Both the position numbers and the translations under genes were made by a program. DNA of 64,000 nucleotides from an uncultured Christensenella sp. (GTDB lineage: Bacteria > Bacillota > Clostridia > Christensenellales > UBA1242): assembly GCA_964541825.1 (NCBI GenBank), contig CAZIRR010000001.1:72956-136955 (forward strand). The letters run 5' to 3'. Position 1 is the first letter of the stretch. Each line of letters opens with the position of its first letter. The notes under the pieces are model-generated. The model searched no databases and was not told the DNA's origin. It was given only the letters and a program-made list of their open reading frames with translations. Shown here piece by piece: positions 1 to 12,000 of the stretch.

Positions 1-3000
1 TTTGAGTATCCTTCAAATAAATATCAAGAAAAGACTGGATACAATGGCTCAGATATAGTACTACTAGACCCTGCCGATATTAGCGATGCAGATTTGGCAG
101 AAGGCGAGTATATATATGGCTGGAAATATAATGGTCACGTATTCGCTGTAGGGACTATATCATTTGACGAAATTACAAACTTGGGCTACGAGTATTCTAG
201 CGAAAATACAGAAGTCGTATTTGAAGCACAAGTGTATGATAGTTACAAATATATAGTTTCTTATGTTACTACTACAGAAAATGGTGACTTGACTAATGCT
301 AGCGAATTTGAAGACCAAACTTTCTATGTAAAGAAGTTATCAAACAATACATATAGTGAGACCGATAGGGAAGTATATATTTCTGACAAAATCCCAACTC
401 TTGCAGATAATACTTACAATTTCAAACAATATACTGTAGAGATTAGCGAAGATGGAGAGACATATACGATTCTTGAGAATGTTACTATCAAAGTAGGCGG
501 GCTTCTATTGCTTGCTACTCCAGTAGATGGCAAAATTATTAGATATAGACTTACTCCAGAATTTACATCTACTAATTCAACTATTAGTATTAATTACAAT
601 CTAATGAGTCCTAGTACAAATGAAAGCGTAAATACTCTTACTGCATATAATAGCGAACAAACTGTAGAGGCATTTGTTACAAATCTAGATTTCAATGCCG
701 GTCTAACATTTAGTGATAATTATATGCTTCAGTTGACAACTACCGCCGGTAGTGACATAGCTACATTTGATATCGATGCAATGACTATTACATTTAGATT
801 GCAGATAACCCAACTTGATTGGCACGAATATATCCTAAAGGGCTACAATGTTGCTCTATATCTAGGAGAAGCAGAACAAGGTAGTAGGAATTTCTACTTC
901 GGCAATTCTTCCAAAGAAGATAGAAATATCTCTGGTGTAGATAGGGCTGTTCTTACTCCTATTTGGGAGAAAAAATACGTTGTGTCTTACTACAATCAAG
1001 ACAATTCTCTTATCCAAAAAGATTATATAGCATATAGCTCAAGCCTAACAGAAATCCCAAGCCTAGACAAGACTATTACAACCGATGGAAATTTGAGTTT
1101 GGTAGGATATGCGTGTGTGGGCTGGACTACTATAGCTGATAATAATCATATAGTAAGCGAAATTACCGATTTTGTATCGTTTACAAATTCTATTGCTATC
1201 AGCAAATTCGATAGCGACAGAAATATCTCCCTATATCCAGCACAATCCAAAATTTATACACTATCTTTTGAAACTTTTGGAATTGATGAAAACGATGTAG
1301 ACGAATTTATATTTAATTCATTCGATATGCCTCAGATATATTTGGGCATTAATGAAGATAATGCAATTTCACTTGATAATTATTTATTAAGTGTCAATAA
1401 TTATTTTGATTATAGTGACTTAAATAAATTATATTCTTCTTGTCTAAAAGATAAATATACATTCCTAGGATTCTCTTCTTCCAAAAATGGGATACCTAGC
1501 ACACTTTATACTTTTGATAGTACAGCAATAGATGGCGACAATATCGTAGCTTACGTTGTATGGCAGAAAAATAGTTACAATATTACTTTCACTTTTGAAG
1601 CATATGCAAATGGTGGCACAACCAATTTGCTTGGTGGTTATTCATTTGAAATTTCCAAATTCTATGGGGACAAGATTAATCTAAAATGGGATTATGATTT
1701 GAATACCAATACATTCTCAATGTTAGAGGCTACAAAAGATGATAATGTTTGGATAAGCAATATCAAAAATGAAAGTGGCGTAGCATTAATTGAGAAAATC
1801 AATACTATTTTGCAAGAAAAAGGAATTGATTATCTAAGTGCAATGAAATTTACTCACTCAATCGGTGATGTAGAGACTCAAATTAGTGTAGACAATCTAT
1901 TTACAATTACTAATAGTGACAATATCAAAATCACTTTTGATACTTATCTAATCAGACTTACTTACAATGTATACTATGGTACTGAGTATCAAGGCACAAC
2001 TGTGAGTGACAATACCGAACTTTACTCCGAGTACATTACTATTGGTAGCGAAGTTACTCCACAGATTGATATTGCAGACTTGTCTCTAGAAGGCTATGTT
2101 ATAGACTTCTGGTCTGCCGATGATAAAACCAATTTCTTCCCAGGTGGCAAGAGAACTATCAATTCTAGCGATGTAGAGACCAGCAAATTGGATAGCGAAT
2201 ATAGACTAAATCTATTGATTCATTTCACAACCGCTTACGAATTGAATTTCTACTACTTTGCTAGTCTAGACGATTTGCTAAATAATAGCTATACCAAATT
2301 GGGAACATTTAATGTTGAATTAGGAGATACTATTGGTATCTATCAAACAGACGAAAATGGCAGTTACAATTATGACGAAAATGGCGACCTTGTCAAAGAA
2401 TATGTCGAAGGTACATCTTTGCAAAAAACAATTTTTGATGAATATCTATCTGCTCACGATGTAAATATTGTTTTGAATAGGACACAAAATATAACTACCA
2501 AGATTAATAATTTCCACGACTTCTTAGATGTCTTCCAAGATTATGAGTATATATCTCACGGCGAACTTAGAGTTAACGAAGACGAATACTCTTATCTAGC
2601 ATTAGAAAATGACGAAAATAATTATAATATGCTTTATCAAGTAATGACTTATGCTGGCGGAGATGCTCTTGTCAATAATGTTTATTTGACTTATGAAGTT
2701 ATTACTCATAATGTCAAAATTAGAAGTGTTGTAGGTGTACTAGATGACGATGGAGAGACTGTATGCTTCAATCAAGAAGTGGCATCTAAGTATGATGTAT
2801 ATGCTGAATATGCTACAAATTATAGCCAGATTGCCAATGACAACGGCGATGCAAATGTAGAGTTTGCTGATATGCGTAATCTAGCCAATACTTACAACGA
2901 ACATTCTTATACATATGCCGAGAGTATTAGTTATCTAGACCATATATATCTAGTTAATCAACCTTTCGCTGTAAGAGGTGGTGCAAGTGCTACCGACTTT

Positions 3001-6000
3001 ATAATGCAAGGTTGGAGAGTTTTGGTAGAAGACGAGAGTGGTACGAGATTTGTAGATATCTCTGAATACGGCTTGACGATTACACCTTCTATCAATGGCG
3101 ATACCAATGAAATTATGTATTGGACAGTTAGCAATGTCAAAGAAGATGTTGTATTGGTAGCTGTATATACCGAACGTCTTATCGATGTTACTGTTACTCT
3201 TAAATCAGAAGACAATAATGGCGAGAGTTTAAATGTTTCTATTATTTCTGAATATAATAGTTTGTCTCAAGATTATTCAGAATTAGAGGAATATATTACT
3301 AGAGATAGTGACAATCATTCTTCTATTTACAATCTAAAAATTCTATACAATTCTTGGTTGTCTATTGATATCTTGGATTCACTTGAAGAAAGTTATCAAT
3401 TAAAAAATATCAAGATTGGTACTTATGAGACTTCAAACTTTGCAACAATAGCTGTCAACGAAAGCAATATCGACACCGTTACCCAGAAAATAAATATCGA
3501 AGTTACATATTCTCAATTGACATATCAAATGCTTATCAAGGCAGAACAAAATATTGATGGCACTAGATACAATGCAACTTTGGACAAAATTAATTATTCT
3601 ATTGTAACCAATAATGTGTCTTACAATTTGCAAAGTGAAACCGAATTTACCAATAACGAATTTGGCTATACTGCAGAGATTGCAACTGGTGCAATTATCC
3701 AAAATGATACCCTTGGCACACCAGTTTTGAATAACTATGCTTTTGTAAATTGGCAATATTATGTAGAGACTAGCGACGAATGGCTAGATTTGCAAGACCA
3801 AACTAATGGCGTTGCTGTCAAAGATATTGTTAATGAATTCAAAGAAGTCAAGGTTAGAGCAGTGTTCACTGCAGGAGATGTACAAGTTCAGTATGTATTG
3901 AATACTTCTGATAGTTCGGTAGTCATTGAAGACTTAACCCAAACTGTGAAGTATGGCTCAAAAATTACTCTTCCATATGTAATTATTGAGAACGAAAATT
4001 ATATTACCACTGGATTTGATATCGATGGTGGACAATTTGGCAATACAATACAAATTTTGAGTAGAAATAATGCACAATTAACTACTTATTCTATTCCTCT
4101 TCTTACTCAAGAATTGTCTTATGTTGTGTTTGATAAAGGGGAAACAACTTTTGATATCCCTACAGGATATCCTACTACAAAAAATAGCGATAATAAAATT
4201 GCTAGTATTAGAGTAGAGATACCAGAAGGCACTACATATTATTACAATACAATTTCTGCCGAAAATATATTGGGCGAAGGCAAATACAAAACTACATCAG
4301 CTTCAGAAATAATAGTAGACGATGTATATTCAATTCCAAATATTGACATCGCCGATAGCAATGGTGCTAGTTTCGCAGGCTGGACCACCAAATTGAATAG
4401 AACATATAACTCGGGCGAAAGTTACGATTATCTATCTAGCGAAAGTGAAAATAATTTAATCACTCTTACTGCTCTAGAAAGCAATTTTGTAAATGTTAAA
4501 TTCTATATCACCAATCCTGTAGACGCAGAGATATTGAATTTGACCACCAAAGTTGGCACAGAAGCCAATATGTCGTATATCAGCGTTCTTATTGACAAAG
4601 AACTAAACTTTAATTATATAGATGTCGATTATGAAAAATCTGCCGACAATTACTTGAATATCAATTCTATGTCGAGCAGTGTATTAGATGTGGCATATTT
4701 TGCTAATCTTAATGATTATGACCAATACAAATTCTATGGTTGGTCTACCGAAAAAATTGTTGCATTCAATAATATCAACGAATTTTTGACTTCTTCAGAC
4801 AATTATGCAAATGGCGGTAGCAAATATTTGAGTTACTACAATTATTCTACCGATAATGGCATTACCGAGTATTCCAAATACAATATCTACACCATATCTC
4901 AGAATTTGGGCGAATTCGTAATGACTACTGGTGCTATCCAATTGTATTCTGTCTGGGAGAAAAAATACAAAGTTTCATTCCGTGACGAAGACGACAATGT
5001 ATATACTGACCAATTTACTGGAGAAAAACTTGAAGGTTACTTTGGTCAAGGCGAGATTGTCAATTTCCCTAATTCTTCCAATCTAACACTTACTTCTTCT
5101 ACATTAGAATGGATAGGCTGGCAGGATAAAAATGGAAGTAGACTTTATGAATTTGTAAATGGCAAAGCTTCTATGACTTTTGCAGGAACAAACTCTCTAG
5201 ATTTCTATCCTCTATGGGAAGATGGCTATACTCTTACTCTTGATATGAACTTTGCAAAGCAAAGAGAAACTGTGGCTACTGTTCTTGCTCTATATGGTGT
5301 TACCAAAGACCAAGCACTAGCTAATACTGGTTATCCATTCTTTGCTTATCAAGATTCACGCTTAAAAGGTGTGGGTGGCCAGATTACTTTGGGCGACAAA
5401 ACATACAATTCTGCATATCAGTATGGTGTGTTGTGGAGAGCAAAAGAAGTATTGGATATCTCTATCATTGGTAGTCCTGTAGATTGCTATGATAATGGCG
5501 AAAATGTAGAGACAATTTATCCTGTTACTATCACTCCTACTCAAGCAAATTGGTTAAATTCTTATTATACATTTGCTGGCTGGTCATATACACAAAATGG
5601 CGAAGTTTTGACCCAAGAAGAATTGTCTGCTATCCAACTTTCAGAAAATACTACATTGTATGCAATATGGGAAGCAGTCGAACTAAAAGTTTATATGTCG
5701 GCGACCTATGAAGATGCCGAATATAGTGCTACAAATGTTTCCAAGATTTTGTTGAAAGCAGAGAATGAAGATATTGTCAATCCTATCGTTGTCAAATTTG
5801 GCGAAATCTTCAATATCTCCGATTACGAAGGAAGCTTTGTAGATAATTACTCAGCTCTAAGTAACGATAGAACGAAAAAATTTAGCAAATGGAATGTAGT
5901 ATCTCCACTTACACAAGATACTTTGCACAAATCTAATTTCTATATCGCAAACGACTTGTATTTGTATCCAAATTATGTAGATTGCTATACGGTAATATTC

Positions 6001-9000
6001 AAAACAACCAAAGGCGACAATTTCACCGCTCAAGGCGATAATTTGGAGAATTGCCAGAGAGTAATAGAGGGAGATGTTGTTCGTATTGAGGATTATATCA
6101 AGGAAGACTTGGGACAAGATTTGACTATGATCACTTCTGTATTCTTCAATAATAATAATGGCGAAAAAGAATACATCTATGATGTCAATAGTATTACCGA
6201 ATGGGTAAAAACTAGAACATTTACTTACAAAGAATTGTCTACTAGCGATAGATTAAACAAAACATTCACTATCTATATAGATATTTCATTCGAAGTTCAC
6301 TTGTATGCTCCAGAAAGTGCTACAAGCAATGTCTATGTGCAGAAGAGTACAGTTTCTATTACTCCAGAAATAAATATCACTGTGTTCAAGAAAGGATTGT
6401 ATGCTACCGAGTATAATTTAGACCTAAGCCAGTACAGCAATGTACCTCAATTTGCAGGCTGGTACTACTATGACTACTTGACAGATTCCGAGAAGAATAT
6501 CAAGTGCTATACAGTAGACGATTTGAGCAGTGCAGTTTGTTCGTACAAACTTGTAGTAATAGACGGCAAATATCATATAGTAATTGTAGATACAGTCGGC
6601 AATGAAACAGCATATCAATTAAGCGGAAGAGTATTCAATTTGTACGCAAAATTGACAGTTACCCAAGAAATAACTTTGGGCGATGCAGACGATACAATTA
6701 TCCAAAAATATGCAAGCCTATCTCTACTAACTAGCGATTATGTAAATATAGTCGATACTACCTATAGAGACGGCATTGTAAAATCTATAAACGTACTTAC
6801 TGCATACAATAGCGATGCCTCTGTTTACTTCACAATTACTAGCGAAGGCTATATCATTAGAGGTATTTCCAAAACATTGGGAGATGCTACAAACGACCTA
6901 GAATATATCGCCAATAACGATAATCTAGAAAACGAACAGACATTCGAAAACAATACCATAGTCATAGCCAAAAAGACTTCTACATCAAAGAGCGTAGAAG
7001 ATGTCAGCAGTGATGGAATGTTTATAGAATATAAATTATCGTTCAAAAACATTAGAGAGAATGGAAGAATATTTACTATAGATATTACTCCATATGTATT
7101 CGATGTAGAATACAAAGTCAAGACTGTTGACGGCTTGCTTAGAACAATTGACGATGGCAATTTCAACCCAGAAGACGCCATTACAATGACTAGCGAAAAT
7201 CTTATTTATCAGATACTTGCAAATGGCAACGAAGTTAAAGCCTTTGAGAGTAATAAGATAGCCATAGCATATACTTATGTCGAAGACAAAGAAAGCGGTT
7301 ATACAATACTAAGATTTGTAAAAGTTCCATATTCAATGTTCTTGCAAATCAAGTATATTCCTCAAGAAATAATGCTTAAGAGATTTGTAAGCCTTGAGTT
7401 TGACTGGACTAATACTTCTTGGAATATCGACAACGAAACAAATGCAGATATCTCTAGTATCCAAGTAAGTAGTGCAGGCAAAAATATTCAATTCAAACCT
7501 GTCGAAAATGACGGCACTACCTTTGTAGATACTTACAATATCACTGTTGGCTTTGAAAATAACAAAATCAAACAAATCAACCTATTCTTAGACCACGAAA
7601 ATATTTATAGTGCATATGACAAAACCAATGCTTGGACAAATATTTTGGATAAGAAAATAGATGATGTGACTACAAGCAAAATTCAAGATGACGCTTCTTC
7701 TACTAGATATGCTTTGTCTTGGAAGGTGGGCTACGACGATAGTGGCAGTACCATTATCTATGCCGGTGACGACTTAAGTAGCTTATTCACAACTTGGAAA
7801 GGACTTTTCCATTCTAGTTTCGAAAGTCAACTAGATAGCGATAGTTCTCTTAGCTCAAACAATATCTCTTTGAGCAAGGCTATGCAGTACTTCTGGCTAA
7901 ATGATGACGTCAGTCAATTCCAAACTTACTCCAAATATATCTCCGAGGCTAGCACTCAAGGATATTTAGATGGCACTACGATATATTCTCTACACAATGG
8001 CGTGGTAGAATTGCATATCGATTTGGAAAAAGCCTTCTTGGTAGACGCAAGCAATAGAATACTTGATTATTACACCGATGGCAAAGTTGTCGTAGACGAA
8101 ATCAATGGAGATGGCGTAGATAGAGCAGATATTTCTCTAAACAGTAGCACAGAGAATTACAAAGTGTACGTTAATAATAAACCTACCACTTATACCGCCA
8201 ATACTCCGGTAAATAGATTAGTAGTCAAAATGCCGTACGAGAATAGCGATGTTACATTTATTACTACCCCAGCAAATGCTACAACCAGCCACGTTGCTTA
8301 TCAAATGTCGCAATGGGTAGCACTAGATGGCGGAACTATTACAACTACTGCAAAGGACAAAAATACACTTAATATCAATACCAATAATGCCAATAATAAT
8401 GTGATAGAAATGTTCGCACAATTTAGCTCTGGCATAAGTGCATTCAATGCTCCAGAAATTCACTTGAGAGGCGATGTCATTCCTCAAACTTACCAATTGA
8501 CATTCGCTAATTCAGATAGTTCTGAGCTTGCCAAATTTGATATCGCTTATGACGAAGATATATATAATAGTAATACTACCGAATATATGTATTACAAATA
8601 TACTATTGGCAGTCTAAGTGCTAGCGACAAACATATTATCCCACTATTCAAGTTAATCGCACCTAGCGATTATACCGGCAATAAATTCATACACCCTAGC
8701 GATAATATCTCAGACAATTATGGTAGCCTAAAATATTTATTCACTTGTTGGTCAAATACTCTAAATGGCTCTGAATACAACCTAAATTGGCTAGTTGCAA
8801 ATAAAATTGTAGCAGGGAATGATATCACATATGGGAATATTACATTGTATGCTGTATACACCAAATGTACAGATATTACTGTCGTTACTTATGTAGATGG
8901 GGGAGAGGCTAATTATACTTTGTCACTAGCTCCATTAAACTTCCAAGACCAATTTGGCAATACCTACGACACTAGCTTGCTAGCAAACGACTATGCTCTT

Positions 9001-12000
9001 ACCAATTGGCTAAAAGAAAACAAAGGTAATGCCGTACTTGATACCAATGGCAAATACGAGTATTATCTAAAAGGTACAAATAATACCTCAAATATCAAAG
9101 TTAGCAGTCTTCAAGATATTGTGAATGCATACAATAATAATAGCAGTGTTCTTGCCGAAGCTAACGAATATAGAATTTATCCTAAGATGGAGATTACTCT
9201 AATTGTCTACAAACACGACACCGACAATAGATATTCTTCTTATGAGAAAATTTACTTTACTCTAGGTGGCAAGATTGTATTTGACCTAGATGGCAACGAA
9301 ATCAAGAATAATACTCTAGGTGCTTCCATTACTGTGGACGGAGACAAAAAAGATAATTATTCTTTCTCATACAATTCCACCAATTTGGTACTATCCAATT
9401 TGATTTGGACAGACGACCAGACATATGTGAGCGGAGACTTCTCAGTAGGCCAAGTTATTTCTCCAGAAACGTATACAGACTATACATTTGCATTCTGGTA
9501 TGTAAATACACAATATGTTGTGCCTTTCTTGACAGCAGATGTTTGCGTGGTAAATAATGCAACTATCTATCCTCACTACAATGTCAAGTTTACCGTTTCC
9601 AATTCAAAAAGCGGTACGTCCAAAATATTTGAACAAGGAGCAGAATCTTCTTATTCAGTAGGCAATTGGATTCCACTCTTGAGTACTCCTTCTTGCGAGT
9701 ATATTACAGCTAAGAGCAACGACCTAAGACATTCATTCTCTTTGAACTATTCATCACTAGATGTAGATGCCAATGGCTATTGCTATGCATTACTTGATGT
9801 CATAGACGAAGATACCGCACAAGTCGTATATACTATCAAGTTCGTAGCTAATGACCTAGATTACGAAGATATAGCATTCGAAGTAACTACTTCCAATGGC
9901 AAATCTCAAATACTTACTCTAGAGAGGACTTCTTCTATGTATCTAGAAGACGGTGACGGTAGTTACAAGATAAATCCTGTCGCTTATCCAGACGAAGTAA
10001 AAATCACTGTCAATACTGGACTTACTATCACAAACTTGCCAGACCCTAGCCAGTACTTGAGTTCAGTGAATTTGACTATGTCGGCTAATCCTTTGACTAT
10101 CAAAGGTGGCTCTTCATACAAGTTTGCTCAGACTGGTGCAAATAACAATTTGCAATTCGCTATCTCGTTTGAAAATATCTTCGGCGAGATGACCAATAAT
10201 GCTATAGTTATGACAACCAATAGCACATTTGCTAGTGCCGATTTGGGTAATTATTTGCAGAATTTCAGATGGCAATATCTAAGCAGTGGCAGTTGGATTG
10301 ACTGCAATACTGGTAGTATGATGGCTATCCAAGATATCACCCTTCGACTAGCTTGCGATTGGATTACTTATAATATTTCATTTGAGAAAATGTCCGACCA
10401 GAGCGCAACTGTTACTCAAGTAAGCATAAACGGCGAAGATTGGAATATAAAAGATAGAGTGTATAGCAATTACTCCATAAATAATGCTCCAAATATCCTA
10501 TACAAAGGCGAGACCCTTGACTTCAATTATAGCAATTATACTTTTGCATTGCAGTCAAATATTAATGGTAGAGGGAATATTAATATTACTACCAATATCG
10601 GGTCTGACGGCACTTGGGTAGGCTGGATTGCCAAGAGTTCTTCTGGCACTGTGCCAAAACTATCTGGACTTACTAAGAGTGCTTCATTTACAGCCGAAGA
10701 CGTAGCCCTAGGCAATCTATCTTTCGTGGCTTGGGCAGAAAGCACCAAGAATGCAGATATCAAGATAGATAAGTCCATATCCAATTATGGCTACGCAGAT
10801 ATCACTGTCGAGATTACTAGCCCTATGGGTTATTCCGATCAGACCGTTGTCGTGAGTGTAGACAAAGCAAACAAAGAATACAAAAACAATTCTCTAACCT
10901 TGGGATATTCTTCACTTGCTAAATTCACTATTACAGAGAATAATGACGTCAAACACGACTTGCACTCATTCAATTACAATGGCGAGAATATAAATATCAA
11001 TAGCGAAGTTACGAAAGCCGAATATTCGGGTGTGTCCGGCTCAGATATGCTAAATACCATATATGTTGGCGTAGACGCCGAGCCTACCAAGAGCTACTAC
11101 TATGTGGTAGATAGCTTCAAATCTATATTGAAAAGCTATCCTATCTATGGTGGATATTATGTAAACTATTCGTATAATAAAACTGAATACGTACTGACAG
11201 CACGAATCTACAATTATTGGAATCAGTTTATCAAGAGCTTAAAAATTCACTATAACGAAAACAAAGATAACGATACATCTAGTATTGTCCATAAATTCTA
11301 CCCAAATAATGGATACTCTATAAATGAATTGAATTTGTACAAGGTTAGTAGCATTACAACCAAAGGCAATACTATCACTAGCACTTTGGGTAATGTTCAC
11401 ACCATCGCAGATATGTCTGGCTGTAAACAAACTTATACTAACTATATCGGCGACTTGAACAAATTAATTCTTAAATTCACAGAATATGTGTCTACCGCTA
11501 CATTCAATTTCTTTACACATACTACATTTGGCGATAATTCTTCTGCTACTTCAAATGGCACAACTATTATCAATAGCCAAGGCGAGACCGAAACAATCGA
11601 TACTCAAATTGTAGAAGAAATCCCACTAAACGGGGCTATTACATATTTGAGCAATGTAGAGAGAGGTGGTGTGGTATTAAATGTTGCAAATAAATACAAT
11701 TGCACTATCCCTAGATACACCACAGGCACCGACCGTAGATATACACTAGTTAGAGTCGTTATTAGAGAAGTCACTACTCAAGACCAAATGGCAGAGCTTG
11801 TGTATAACGACACTTCAACTACAGGCTCCCTTGCAGAAGACTTTACAATGTCTACCCCTGTATTTGAAGTATATGTATATACTATAGAAGAGACCGAGAC
11901 TACTTTGTCATTCAAATCTACCCTTCCAAACGAACAAGATTTCCGAAATATTAAAATGACTACCTCCGGCGGTACTATCCAACCACAATTTAATACTACA

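Noticed and set aside
94-96. TTG at 94 as the start of the giant gene
   Set aside because: The frame is open from base 1, with no SD or signal peptide at 94.
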